DNA of 63,558 nucleotides, filler included, from Octopus bimaculoides (Eukaryota), in NCBI RefSeq assembly GCF_001194135.2. It is 6 parts of 6 records of this genome, joined end to end, with 100 filler letters (N's around TTAATTAATTAA, not from the genome) between each part and the next. Parts side by side here need not be neighbours in the genome. Positions count along the whole stretch, not along the records: positions 8,255 to 19,477 come from NC_068981.1; positions 19,578 to 46,053 come from NC_068983.1; 4 more parts are not named here. One strand, 5' to 3'. This document shows, piece after piece, positions 12,150-25,646 of the stretch (positions are counted from its first letter, which is position 1; each line of letters begins with the position of its first letter). The notes beneath the pieces were generated by a model. It searched no databases. It worked only from the letters and a program-made list of their open reading frames with translations, and had not been told where the DNA came from. The position numbers and the translations under genes were made by a program.

Positions 12150-12350
12150 TTTGGCAGAAGTCCAGAAATTTTAGATAGGGGACTAGTTGTAACATCGACC
12201 CTAATTCTTGACTGATACTTTATTTTATCAAACCTGAAGGGATGAAAAAAAAAAGTTAACCTCGGCGGGTTTTGAACTCAGAACTTAACAAACTGCAAGA
12301 AATGTGGTCATGTAATTTGTCCAACGCGCTGACAATTCTGCCAGCTTGTT
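12150..12350 (-). mobile_element. SINE family B copy
   Basis: Reverse complement matches gagctggcagaa..gagttcaaa..ccgccgaggt..cttt..catcc found at 27690 and 60821. Confidence 0.75.
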
Positions 12351-13685
12351 ATTGTTTTGTTTCAGACCTTGAAGTGAAGTAATGCCGCATTAAATGAGAA
12401 ACCATATATAGTCTTGTTCCTCTACTAGTAAGTGCAACTCAGTGTTCAGTTTTGCTTGTTCTCATTAGAACAAACTATAGCAATAATCATCCGGTCGCAC
12501 TGCTTGTGCGGATTCCTGTGACTCTCTCTCCCCACCCAACTCTATTATTCATATTTGAATAGGGAGCTGGAGTCATAATGAATCTTTCAGTAGCTGATTA
12601 CGCAACCATGAGCGCCGTCCCTATAGATGCGTTGCAGTTACTATTTTGATATAATTTGGTGATGTTGACTGTTGTTTTTCTGGGATATCTCCGCTCAGCA
12701 TCACTGTTCGACTCTTCCGCTGACTCTTCACAATCCGCCATGCTGTAGTCTCATTATTTCGCCGTATTCTTTGTGCAGTATCCAAAAGGCTGCCCGTAAA
12801 TAGGTAGGGCATTGTTGTCACTTCGTGAGTTATTTCCGAATTACCTGAATACCCGTTGATTATTCTCTAAAATTAGATAAGTTCTTGTAACATTGATGGT
12901 TTGGGGACAAAAAGAACAGTATTTGACTGTTATAATATTTTACCCCCATGATTTCAAAACGTGCTTCTTACTCAGTCGGCCGCGCATGCGTCCAAATACA
13001 AAGGTTTCCATACCGGAAACTCGTATACAGTACAGACAGCAGGACTGTGTTTGTTGCTTTGTATAGCTTCACAAATGCGTTTGATGCAGAATTATTTTCT
13101 ATTTATTCCACATACTTCTTTGTAAGAATTTTTTCCTGCGAATTAATGACGGGAACGAGGTATTTTTGCAACCTAGTTACACTAAAAATGTGTTATGTAA
13201 GATGTTAAACATTTTACTTTGTTGATATTTAAGCTAAATTCCCTCAAGATCTATTGATTAAACTTCCATGTCCTATCAATTTATTAAACTTTCATGTACC
13301 ATTAATTCTTTCCTCATTAATTATGATCTCCCCATTTCGTAATTCTGTTCTTTTCTCTACGATGAGCATGGCATCATTTACTTTCCTTATCTTCCCGTTT
13401 TCGTCTCCATTCTGCGCTCATTGCAACACAATTCTGCAGTGGTAATTGTTCCAATCTTCTGGCAGATCTGTTTTGAATTATTAAAGGAAATGTTTTATCT
13501 TGCATATATAATTGGACTAATTATTAACATCACAAGTTACATTCAACAACAAAACCAGTTTAGAATATTTTTTTTAAATGGATGATACAAAAATATAACG
13601 AAAATGAAATAAATATATAAAAAACGATTTATAAATGCAATTAAAATTTTGCTAATTGTGACTGTTTTAATATCATTGTATTTTA

Positions 13686-13743
<58 letters not shown>

Positions 13744-13991
13744 CGTGCATACATATTGTCTATGTACGTATGTTTATGTGCATGTATGCACGTAAGTATG
13801 TCATTATTCAGTTTATTTCAAGATTTCTTGCCAATAGAGAAAGAACCGGTTTCTAACCTAGATCTAAGACTCATTCATTGGAATTTCAATATCAACACAG
13901 GGGTATTTTTGTATTTATGTATGTATGTATATATGTCTGTATGTATGTATGTATGTATGTATGTGCGTGTGCATGTATGTATGTATTTATG

Positions 13992-14026
<35 letters not shown>

Positions 14027-14306
14027 GCATGTATGCATGTATGCATACGTGCAGATTTGCATGTTTTGTTTTATGCATGTCTTTTCATGCATATACTTGC
14101 ATATGAGATGCACTTGACTATGAGTCCACTGCTTCCTGTAACAGAAACGGCTGTAAGGTAATGGAGTTCATGACATAACCATCGTTTTCCTGTATCATCT
14201 CTTTTTCATATTATCATTCTATACTCGTCTAACACTTCGTTCTGAGGCATACGTGTTTTGAATTCTACACGAGGTTATTAGTCGTGCAATGCTAAAGCGA
14301 AATGCG

Positions 14307-14355
<49 letters not shown>

Positions 14356-14783
14356 NNNNNNNNNNNNNNNNNNNNNNNNNNNNNNNNNNNNNNNNNNNNN
14401 NNNNNNNNNNNNNNNNNNNNNNNNNNNNNNNNNNNNNNNNNNNNNNNNNNNNNNNNNNNNNNNNNNNNNNNNNNNNNNNNNNNNNNNNNNNNNNNNNNNN
14501 NNNNNNNNNNNNNNNNNNNNNNNNNNNNNNNNNNNNNNNNNNNNNNNNNNNNNNNNNNNNNNNNNNNNNNNNNNNNNNNNNNNNNNNNNNNNNNNNNNNN
14601 NNNNNNNNNNNNNNNNNNNNNNNNNNNNNNNNNNNNNNNNNNNNNNNNNNNNNNNNNNNNNNNNNNNNNNNNNNNNNNNNNNNNNNNNNNNNNNNNNNNN
14701 NNNNNNNNNNNNNNNNNNNNNNNNNNNNNNNNNNNNNNNNNNNNNNNNNNNNNNNNNNNNNNNNNNNNNNNNNNNNNNNNNNN

Positions 14784-14827
<44 letters not shown>

Positions 14828-14828
<1 letters not shown>

Positions 14829-15240
14829 TAGCAGAGGTACCCGGCGTTGCCTGATATAACTTTCAATGGAGTGGTCGTTCAAATGAACTGAAAGACTTCC
14901 GTCAAACATGACTATAGAAGTAACAATTTACAGGTGTTGGCCCTAAAGAGGGACTTTGAACGTTCGCTCTTAAAAGACTCAGCGGCGGTGCTGCCACCAA
15001 AGACGGATCTAGTGATAATAATTTATAGTTGATGGCTCTGAAGAGGGCCTCTTTACGTTGACTTTGAATTATCTCAGCGGCGGTGCTGCCAGCAAAGATG
15101 AATCCAAGGGTAACAATTTCTACTTGATGGCCCTGAAGAGGGCCTTGGATCGTTCACACTTAAAAGTCCTATGGGTAGAGCTATCAGCAAAGACGACTCC
15201 GAATTGAGGAGGTGGCCCTTAAAAAGTCCTTCACACCACT
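14828..15240 (-). mobile_element. Helitron-like 3' terminus with internal 95-bp tandem repeat
   Basis: Minus strand ends caggcaacgccgggtacctctgCTAG|T (CTAG at 14828-14831). Three 95-bp units start at 14923, 15018 and 15113. Confidence 0.6.
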
Positions 15241-15582
15241 TTAGTGTGGTGTAATTTGCTTTGCTTGTTATTTGAGATTGAAACCAAGAAACGCATGTAA
15301 AAGTCGGTGGCCAAAAAACAGCCTTGGCAAGATCTCACCGGAATGTCAAAAAAATGTGTAAATAAAATGCAGGAAAAAGTAGATTAATTAAGTTAAAATT
15401 ACGGAACTACGGAAAAGCGTGATAGCAACATATAAATGTGGAAAACAGAGACATTGATAATTTATTACGTATAGCAAAAGCTATATATATATATATATAT
15501 NNNNNNNNNNNNNNNNNNNNNNNNNNNNNNNNNNNNNNNNNNNNNNNNNNNNNNNNNNNNNNNNNNNNNNNNNNNNATATAG

Positions 15583-15613
<31 letters not shown>

Positions 15614-16603
15614 CACACAAGCAGAACAAGTATACAAGTATGTTCATGTACATAATTTGAAACAGAAGATTCGCAATGTGCATTGTAATCGGTATTACGG
15701 TCGTTTGTTGAGTGACTGGTTAGTGGTTCAAATTCTACTTCCAAGTGTGTGGCTATTTTATCCCCGTTCGGAACGTATTAAGCGTACAATTATTTTACAT
15801 TGAAAGTTCAAGTAGTTAATTATTTTACAATAAATTATAACTTACAATACTCATAAAATTTCCAATTAATTTATAAGAAAATTGATACAAGACCAAGAAC
15901 CACAAAATTTCTTCCATAATTATACTTTTTCAGAAGCGTTTGATCCTCGAGATGGAATAAGATTCATATAGATAGTACTGAAGGTATAACCTTAAGGTAG
16001 AACATCTATGAAAACTATATTGTTTGTGATACACTTGTCACTGCTTTTACCTACAGACTTAGCAAATATTTTTTACTACTTCATGGGCTGATGTTTTACG
16101 AACGGAAGATAATATTCTACTTCACCGAAATATTGGTATGTATTCAAAATCAAAAGAAAGGAGTTATAAAATTTAATAGCAAGCGTGTCCTAGTTATATT
16201 ACAAACGATTTCGAACGATATATTTTAGATTGGTATTTTGTTATGTCTCCATTTCTTCCTTTAAGGTTCTACATAATAATTATTAGCGAAGTATTGAGTT
16301 GTTTATAATGGCCTCCATCCCGCCTTTCCAACCACGAGGTTTTGCGTCGATGTTAGAAATCAATAACTTTCGTGTATCTTTGAAAGATTTTTTTTTATGT
16401 ATAAATTTTGTATGATGTAATAAACGTTTGGTAACGTTTCTATTGTCTATCGTGCGCATACAAACACGTACACAAACACACACATTCACGCGCCAGCGCA
16501 TACTAGATATGCATGCGTATCTATATGTGTACATATATAGATATGCCCATCCTTTGCTGGCAACATGGGAATTTTAATGTATTTATGATACCGAAAATAT
16601 GAT

Positions 16604-16619
16604 ATCGTGATGGTGATGG

Positions 16620-16653
<34 letters not shown>

Positions 16654-17000
16654 GGTGGTGGTCGTTGTGATGGTGGTGGTGATAAGGATGATAGCTACAA
16701 CGATGACGGTAACTGTGGTCATGGTGGTGGTGGTGGTGGTGGTGGTGATTGTGCTGCTGCTGCTGCTTGTAGAAGAGCTGGCGGTGGTGATGACGATGAC
16801 GATGGTTATGATGACGACGAACAGAAGGAAGTGGAGAGGTGGAAGGTGGTTTGGTGACGACTACAACCCCGATGGTTATGATGTCTTGGTGCTTATGGTG
16901 ATGACGATTACGACAGCGACGATGACGACGGCGATGGTGATGACGGCGATGATGATGACGGCAATGACGATATGATAAGGATGATGATGATGGTAATAAC
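16604..17000. repeat. Compound (GAT/GGT/GAC)n trinucleotide repeat
   Basis: Directly visible; it explains the poly-His and poly-Met/Val ORFs. Confidence 0.95.
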
Positions 17001-17305
17001 GACAATGTAAAAGTATTCGTAAAAGTATTGTTTCCTATGACATGTCACTACGTGAATGGTATTTATTATATAACACAAATAGAAATTATTCTGTTTCTGA
17101 TTAACATTTGAATCGTTTTTAAGAATTCTAACTATCAGAAATAATATTCAAATAAAATAAAATGTAAAATCTTTCGCTGCTTTTCTTTTCTTTCCTTTAT
17201 TTCAATACAACAAATTCTTGATTCAGTTTGTATGTTAAAATTCATATTAACGCATAGAAGGAGTTCAAAACTCAGAGTGAAACGTCAGCAACGATCTCTC
17301 TCTCT

Positions 17306-17392
<87 letters not shown>

Positions 17393-17465
17393 GAGACAGA
17401 GACAGACAGACAGACAGACAGAAATATTACATACATGCATACATATATAAATAAATATATATATA

Positions 17466-18306
17466 CAAGCGAAAGGACCCGGTTTCAATCGGGTTATAAA
17501 CTCATGGCCTTAATTGTTTGTAGTGTAACTTTGCGGAAAAAGTGGTTTGCGGCAGGTTTGGAGGTCAAATACGTTGAATGCACGCGAAAAAAAAAAAAAA
17601 CTGTGGAAAAAAATTATTTCACACCAAGGTACGAACGGGTCTTTTACGAAATGTTTATCCGTCGTTATTTACTGACACACAAATACACCGGTACAGAAGA
17701 TTGAAAACAATGAAAATAGCTGTAATAATTTTTTGGGTACCACAAATCGTTACAACATAGTTATATACTGACAAATACACCGGTACAGCGTTTTTGTTTG
17801 ACCCTTCAGCCTTTCTAACAATTTGTTTATGTGTTGGTGAGCATAAATATACCAGTACAGAAGATTGTAAACAATGAAAGTAACTGTAATAATTTTTTGG
17901 TACCAGACATCGTTACAACGGTAAACGCTAGACAGAATGGTTGACAGAATGAAGAAAGAATGATAGAGATGTGACGTCGTGGTCGTCGTAGTATAAAATG
18001 TCCTTTACTATCTCGTATGCAACGAACGCGCAAACACACACACACACACCCAGAGACGCATACACACTCATATACAAAATGTAACGTCGTCGTCGTCGTG
18101 GTATAAAATGTCCGTTACTATAGTTAACTAAAGAAAGATTATTTTCGAGAAAATGTTATATTGTTTCAATCCAAATGAAAATAAACATTACATGTTGACA
18201 CTCGCGAAGTCTTATACTATTACCTTGTAAAATTTGATTTGATTTGGTGGAGCCGTTTGAGAATGCGTAGGGAACAGATAGACAGACAAAGAATGTTATA
18301 TATAGA
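17466..18306 (-). mobile_element. Non-autonomous Helitron-like element (~840 bp)
   Basis: 5' A|TCTATATATAAC..(GTCT)n at 18306. The degenerate 3' end has hairpin acccg/cgggt (17477-17494) and CTTG in place of CTAG at 17466. Internal direct duplications (aaatacaccggtacagaagattg.., gtcgtcgt.gtataaaatgtcc). Confidence 0.5.
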
Positions 18307-18346
18307 TAGGTGTGTGTACATACATAAATGCATACATACATATACA

Positions 18347-18416
<70 letters not shown>

Positions 18417-18959
18417 CGTGTGTGTGTGTGTGCGTATGCGAGCGTACGTGTATTTTAAAATCCACGGGCAAAGTAACATGCTTGAATGCTCAGAACTTGT
18501 ATTTCTTTGCTTGAACATAATCTGAAGATGCTTTCTCATTTTGTCTTTCACAAACCAGATGTTCAAGCTAAAGATTTGTTTGATCTGTATGACGTTACAT
18601 ATTCTGCTTCTGTTTTGAGAAGCCGTTGCTTACGGATATACATAATGTTGTCATTTAATCCTTTGCTTGCTTGAGCACAATAGTAATACGGAGCAGACTA
18701 ATCAAAGGTTTCCTTATTAGAAGCGAGCCTCGAGATACATCTACTTATGTTATTACTAAGTTTATAAAAACTATGGATGGATAGCAGGAATAAATACTAA
18801 TTTAAGTTTACCATTAGGTTTGTTGTACAGTTTAAGTTGAGAGTGAATCTCTGGAAGTTTACAGTTGTTCCAGAATTCATTGGCGAAGTTACAATACTGG
18901 ATTCATTAAAATTATTAGCACATTAAATTAGTTGGCCTCATTTTTGACATTTTCAGTGT

Positions 18960-19075
18960 CATTAATCATAATAATACTTTTATCGCAATTTTTAATTTTA
19001 TTTGATAAAAATAAACGCGTATTGTACGTGTTTTCTTCTTTCATAACTGTACACCTACTTTTGTACCACCCTGTA
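18960..19075 (-). mobile_element. Solo Tc1/mariner-type terminal repeat
   Basis: Reverse complement TA-CAGGGTGGTACAAAAGTAGGTGTACAGTT is a typical Tc1/mariner terminus; no partner end was seen. Confidence 0.55.
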
Positions 19076-19094
19076 TATATATATATTTTTATAA

Positions 19095-19220
19095 TTAAAG
19101 TAAAGTTCCTTCCCGAGTCATATAGACTCTTAAGGGCCGATTTCCCGGTTTCCATGGCGTATATATTTCCCACCTGGACGGGACGCCGGTCTGTTGCAGA
19201 GTTACTCACTTTTGCCAACT
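19095..19220 (-). mobile_element. SINE family C (V-domain-like) 3' fragment
   Basis: Reverse complement ggcaaaagtgagtaactctgcaacagaccggcgtcccgtccagg..acgccatggaaaccgggaaa matches 25490-25570. Confidence 0.75.
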
Positions 19221-19237
19221 GACTCTCTTCTTCTATT

Positions 19238-19245
<8 letters not shown>

Positions 19246-19312
<67 letters not shown>
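19246..19312. repeat. (CTTT)n microsatellite
   Basis: Directly visible. Confidence 0.95.
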
Positions 19313-19314
<2 letters not shown>

Positions 19315-19584
19315 TCTCCTACCTTTTCTCTAATTCTTCTCCTCCCTTTCACCGTTCTCTATCTGTCCCTCTCTCTCCCTCAATTTTCCTCCTTGACTCT
19401 CTCGTTGCTCACAAGTGACCAGCAGCCATCTTTCTTCTAACTCGAATTTCTTTCTTCTCCTTACGCTAGAAGTGACANNNNNNNNNNNNNNNNNNNNNNN
19501 NNNNNNNNNNNNNNNNNNNNNTTAATTAATTAANNNNNNNNNNNNNNNNNNNNNNNNNNNNNNNNNNNNNNNNNNNNTTTAGCC

Positions 19585-19653
<69 letters not shown>

Positions 19654-20336
19654 TTGTATATATACAAGTGGTAAATAGAAGACGGAAGATGGAATATACT
19701 AGAAGTTTTATTAATCACGACATAGGTACATAATGGATGCATATATATCTTTATGCTTCCATACATACACATGCAAGCGCGCGCACATACAAAAAACACG
19801 CACACATTCGCGTGCGCGCATGTTCCCATACTGCGAGGTTATGTTTAAACCCATTCCGCTTTCTTGTGCATTAGATATTCATACTACTACACCTTGAATA
19901 CTGCATGGACTTAGATCCCATTCAAAGACCACTAGTACATCATTGTACTTACTGAACTTAAATTAACAAATTCAGACGATCAAAGGATATGTTGTCGATT
20001 TGGTGCTGTGGTTCGTACTCTTGCAAAGAATATAGCAAAACTAACATTCGAATTCTGCGGGTGATGTTTTACTTCATCTATATCTGATATACATAGTGTT
20101 ATGTCTTGATTTCTGAGAAGACAGAGATTCCTGTTCATAGGTCACTTAGCGTGTCATTGCTCATACTTAACTCGACTAATTTAGTCGGTTAGAAAGGATG
20201 GTGTTGCTTTGGTGTAGTATTTACCACAACTTTACATCTGAAATCTGATGGGACAATCCAATTCTGTAGGGTATGTTATAACTTTTCTGTCTTCAGTAAT
20301 ATATACACATTTATGCTATATTCTATTTGTGAGCGT

Positions 20337-20392
<56 letters not shown>

Positions 20393-21134
20393 NNNNNNNN
20401 NNNNNNNNNNNNNNNNNNNNNNNNNNNNNNNNNNNNNNNNNNNNNNNNNNNNNNNNNNNNNNNNNNNNNNNNNNNNNNNNNNNNNNNNNNNNNNNNNNNN
20501 NNNNNNNNNNNNNNNNNNNNNNNNNNNNNNNNNNNNNNNNNNNNNNNNNNNNNNNNNNNNNNNNNNGCACACACACACACACACACACACGCACACACAC
20601 ACACACATACACACACGAGCATACATACACACGCACAGACAAACACACACACACGCACACAGTAATAAGAACAATAATCATTGGATGGAAATTATAAATG
20701 TTTTAATGCATCGCTACGCCCGTTTCCACAAATCACATGCTTCTTAAGATCACAGTCCGTATTCCTGGGATGATATATATGTATATGTGTATATACATAT
20801 ATATATATGTATATATATAACATTTGTAGATATGGAAACGAGAACAGAAGCTTTAAAACATAAATAGACAAAATGGAAAACGGAGTCGCACATGCAAGCA
20901 TAATACTTCTATAAATCTTTACATATTTACATTCACGCCGTATACATGCATAGCTGCGTGTACGAGTGTGTGTAATTTGAAATGCTATCGTACTGAATCT
21001 TTTGCCATATTTGGTTTTTGTACTTTGAAGTGTCCCACACTCCAATAAGAGGCCAAGTCCACTCAACGGTACTGTGGCGAGATGCATCTCAGTTTCAGCT
21101 ACAGAGAGTGAGAGAGAGAAAGAAGGAGGGGAAG

Positions 21135-21170
<36 letters not shown>

Positions 21171-21446
21171 GAAGTTGTACATTTTATACAATAATATTTA
21201 ACTCATTCGTGCTCACTAGGACGTGGTAAGATATTTCTATCCAAGAGGAAATTCTCCCCATAGGTACGGGAGAATTTTATCCTGAGGCTGCTTCCGCAGC
21301 GAAAGATCTTTTCACGTTCAAAGAACGCGTAAGAATCGATCGTTCACACATGTATTTCATTCAATGCTGTTTTGGTCATCTCCACCTTATTAATTCCACT
21401 CGATCAGTATTTTGTACATCAGCAAATGCATATTTGTAGATATATT

Positions 21447-21486
<40 letters not shown>

Positions 21487-22444
21487 TATATATATATGCA
21501 TGTACGCATATACATAAAATTAATCATGAGCGCATATATATATATATATATATATATGACTGCTACTATTACACACACATACACGCATACAGNNNNNNNN
21601 NNNNNNNNNNNNNNNNNNNNNNNNNNNNNNNNNNNNNNNNNNNNNNNNNNNNNNNNNNNNNNNNNNNNNNNNNNNNNNNNNNNNNNNNNNNNNNNNNNNN
21701 NNNNNNNNNNNNNNNNNNNNNNNNNNNNNNNNNNNNNNNNNNNNNNNNNNNNNNNNNNNNNNNNNNNNNNNNNNNNNNNNNNNNNNNNNNNNNNNNNNNN
21801 NNNNNNNNNNNNNNNNNNNNNNNNNNNNNNNNNNNNNNNNNNNNNNNNNNNNNNNNNNNNNNNNNNNNNNNNNNNNNNNNNNNNNNNNNNNNNNNNNNNN
21901 NNNNNNNNNNNNNNNNNNNNNNNNNNNNNNNNNNNNNNNNNNNNNNNNNNNNNNNNNNNNNNNNNNNNNNNNNNNNNNNNNNNNNNNNNNNNNNNNNNNN
22001 NNNNNNNNNNNNNNNNNNNNNNNNNNNNNNNNNNNNNNNNNNNNNNNNNNNNNNNNNNNNNNNNNNNNNNNNNNNNNNNNNNNNNNNNNNNNNNNNNNNN
22101 NNNNNNNNNNNNNNNNNNNNNNNNNNNNNNNNNNNNNNNNNNNNNNNNNNNNNNNNNNNNNNNNNNNNNNNNNNNNNNNNNNNNNNNNNNNNNNNNNNNN
22201 NNNNNNNNNNNNNNNNNNNNNNNNNNNNNNNNNNNNNNNNNNNNNNNNNNNNNNNNNNNNNNNNNNNNNNNNNNNNNNNNNNNNNNNNNNNNNNNNNNNN
22301 NNNNNNNNNNNNNNNNNNNNNNNNNNNNNNNNNNNNNNNNNNNNNNNNNNNNNNNNNNNNNTATGTATGTATGTATGTATGTATATATATATAAATATAT
22401 ATCAATAATATATATATATATGCATATATACATACGTATATGTA

Positions 22445-23741
22445 TTAGGTTGGCAACTAAGTTCCCGCCGTTTTTTAAAAATTAAATTTTTTTAAAAGGT
22501 TTAATAAAAAATAACAACTAATTAATCAATAATGCATTCACCCTTGTTGTTTACAACTTCTTCCCAACGTTCAACAAGATTTTCAATACCTCGTTGGTAG
22601 AAATCACCCGATTTCGACTCGAAAAATTGATCCAACCTAGCTCTCAATTATGCATCGGTATTGAACGAAACTCCGCGCATAGCATTTCAAAGAGATCGAA
22701 AGAGGGTGAAATTCGTTGGTGCCAAATCAGGAGAGTACGACTAGAGTGTGGCAGCACTTCCCAGCCATGCGTTTGAATGGCTTCTTTGGTCATATTGGCG
22801 GTATGAGGGCAGGCGTTGTCGTGCAGCAGAAGAACTCAATGCTGCTGATTAGGTCTTTTCTCTTGAATAGCCGTGTTGAGTCGTTCCATCTGTTGAACAA
22901 TGTGTTCCGCGTTGACCGTTTGGTTCCGTTCAAACAATTTGTAATGAATAATCACTTCCCAGTCTCACTATACGAACAACATCGTTTTACGCGGATGAAG
23001 ATATTGATTCACGCGCGGTGTCGCTTGTTTACCGGGGCTAAGCCATTCCTTACGCTGCTTCATATTGATGTACAGGCACCATTTTTCGTCCCCAGTAACG
23101 ATTCGGTAAAGAAATCGTTACTTCTGTCCATGAGTTGAACCGTGACGAGAAAGCAAACCATCGGAGATTGTGGCTCGTTGATTTTTGTTGTCACTTAAAG
23201 CATACGGAACCCATGCTCCATACTTCTGAACCTTTCCCATCGAGTGATGATGCTTCTCTATAGCATTGTGGGAGCATTCCATTTTCTCTACCAGTTCCCT
23301 TGTAATATGACGAGAATTTTCGCGCAAAAGTTGGTTTGATTGCTCTTCATCGAACTTAACTGGACAGCCAGAACAAGGTGCGTCTTTGAGGTCAAAATTT
23401 CCATTTTTGAACTTGGCATACCAATCACGAGCGGTTCTTTCAGCTATGGCACCCTCTCCATATACAACACAAATGTCGGGAGCAGCTTTTTCAGCCTTAG
23501 AACCTTGACTAAAAGGGAAAAAAGGAGGTGTCGAAAATGCTCGTAATTCTTAACATGACATTCCATTTTAATGATCTGAAAATAAACAAAAATTAACTAA
23601 AATTAACTAGAAAAAAAGAAACAAAATAAATTGCAAAATGATTCAAAAATAGAATTCTCGAAAAAAAAAAGATTCCAAAATTTAAAAACTCAATAAATTC
23701 CAAAATTTAAAAGAACGGCGGGAACTTAGTTGCCAACTCAA
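22445..23741 (-). mobile_element. Full-length (~1.3 kb) inactive mariner transposon, DD34D type
   Basis: TIRs ttaggttggcaactaagttcccgccgtt at both ends (left TA intact). Decayed ORF with GAWVPYAL, VTGDEKWCLY, LHDNACPH and YSPDLAPTNF (third D replaced by N), plus multiple stops. Confidence 0.93.
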
Positions 23742-23789
23742 GACTTACATCTATATGTACATATATATGCATATGTGGGCACAGGACGT

Positions 23790-24535
23790 CATGAAACGTG
23801 TACAACAAAAAATTATGATGTAAAATTTGCAGACGTCGTAGAGGATGATGTTGAGTTGTTGGTGTCCCATAGAGAAAGTTTGTCTAACAAAGAAGTGATG
23901 CTGATACAACAAGCGCAAGCTAAGTATACAGATGTGAATACGGAAATTTCACCAACTTCACATAGATTAACTGCAAAGAATATTGGAAAAGGGTTGGCAC
24001 TCATAGAACAAGCTCTATACGTTTTTACTAGAACAATACTGATCGTGCACGTTATAAGTTACAAAACGTATCTACATTGACTTCAGTTTTTATACTAATC
24101 AGTACAAAAATATGACTTGCCATAAGCATCAGTTTTGGATAAGTTCTTTGCATTTCAAGTAGATGTTGATGATGATGAATTATTGGAAAGTAGCGTCCCT
24201 CATCCTCCCAGTACTCCTCATTCGACAATCACCGCCTCCAACAAAATAGCCAACAACTTATATGGTAAGGACGTACACTATTACAACATTATGATTCTTA
24301 TTTATTCCCTGACGTATTTCTCTTCAAAAGGTTTTATGTATGCATATTGTATTGAGTATGTTTAGAAATTATTATTTTCAAGCACAAAAGTAGTCGTGAT
24401 GCTTGTTTTGTTGGTGTTCTTTCGAAAAGAAAACAATAAAGAAAACCTTGACAGAACGCATTATTACTTTATTACGTGAAAATCAATGTCAAATAAATTT
24501 CGCGATAATTCTTCAGGAATGCATTGTTTCTATAA
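23790..24535 (+). mobile_element. Tigger/pogo-like transposon 3' remnant
   Basis: FADVVEDDVELLVSHRESLSNKEV..LTAKNIGKGLALIEQAL and a later LDKFF resemble the Tigger C-terminus. The downstream cttcaggaatgcatt resembles a Tigger subterminus. Confidence 0.6.
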
Positions 24536-24550
24536 CACGGAATATATATA

Positions 24551-24940
24551 TGTTGTTGTTGTTGTTGGCACTCCGTCGCTTACGACGTCGAGAGTTCCAG
24601 TTGATCCGATCAACGGAACAGCCTGGTCGTGAAATTAACGTGCAAGTGGCTGAGCACTCCACAAATACGTGTAGCCTTAACGTAGTTCTCGGGGATATTC
24701 AGCGTGACACAGTGTGACAAGGCTGACCCTTTGAATTACAGGCACAACAGAAACAGGAAGTAAGAGTGAGAGAAAGTTGTGGTGAAAGGGTACAGCAGGG
24801 TTCGCCACCATCCCCTGCCAGAGCCTCATGGACCTTTAGGTGTTTTCGCTCAATAAACACTCACAATGCCCGGTTTGGGAATCGAAACCGCGATCCTATT
24901 ACCGCGAGTCCGCTGCCCTAAAAACTGGGCCATTGTGCCA
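24551..24940 (-). mobile_element. tRNA-derived SINE family D, full length, (CAA)n tail
   Basis: Minus strand begins ggcacaatggcccagt.. (A-box-like) ..ggtttcgattccc (B-box) and ends gacggagtgccaacaacaacaac. Confidence 0.85.
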
Positions 24941-25296
24941 TGTATATGTATATGGTACAAAAAAATATAGAAAAAAAATTACAACAAACAGGTTGTGTTA
25001 GGTTGACTCAGGAAAATTGGAAGAAGCATTTAATATTTCGAGCGGACGCTTTTCTACGGTAAGAATAGATGAGGAGAGAGAACATAGAGAAAAGAACAAA
25101 TGCGTCACAATTAGATGGTCACTGCATGCTGAGATTACTGGAAGAAGTTGGCTTGGGGCACGGATGGCAAAGGGGCAACATTTACCTGTGAGCAAGAATG
25201 TGTGCATGTGTATGTCTTGTATGGGCTCGCGTGTGCGTATGTGTATATATTTATGCATATATTATTTGCATGTATACACAACAAACACATATATAA

Positions 25297-25353
<57 letters not shown>

Positions 25354-25355
25354 TT

Positions 25356-25605
25356 GTGGAGGCGCGTGGCTTAGTGGTTAGGGTGTCAGCATCATGAACA
25401 TAAGATTGTGGTTTCGATTACTGGACCGGCCAACGCGTTGTGTTCTGAAGCAAAACACTTCATTTCACGTTGCTCCAGTCCACTCAGCTGGCAAAAATGA
25501 GTAACGCTGCGATGGACTGGCGTCCCATCCAGTTGGGAAACACATACGCCATTGAAACCGGGAAACGGGGCCCATGAGCCTGGCTAGGCTTTAAAAGGGC
25601 GCATT

Positions 25606-25610
<5 letters not shown>
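25356..25610 (+). mobile_element. tRNA-derived SINE family C with V-like central domain
   Basis: A-box tggcttagtgg and B-box ggtttcgattac, followed by gcaaaacactt..tgctccagtccactcagctg and gcgatggactggcgtccc, which resemble V-SINE core motifs. Confidence 0.8.

Positions 25611-25646
<36 letters not shown>

Noticed and set aside
14923-15210. CRISPR-like or regularly spaced repeat (also the 37-bp and 17-bp arrays)
   Set aside because: These are tandem units without unique spacers in a eukaryotic context with no cas genes, i.e. ordinary minisatellites.
16583-17005. His-rich and Met/Val-rich ORFs
   Set aside because: Translations of a compound trinucleotide repeat on both strands, with no splice or domain evidence.
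21255-21283. 10-bp stem hairpin aaattctccc/gggagaattt
   Set aside because: Too short to distinguish from chance in 63 kb of AT-rich DNA.
25356-25430. tRNA gene (also the heads at 3860, 24870-24940 and 41130)
   Set aside because: A/B boxes are present, but there is no complete cloverleaf and each continues into a SINE body.
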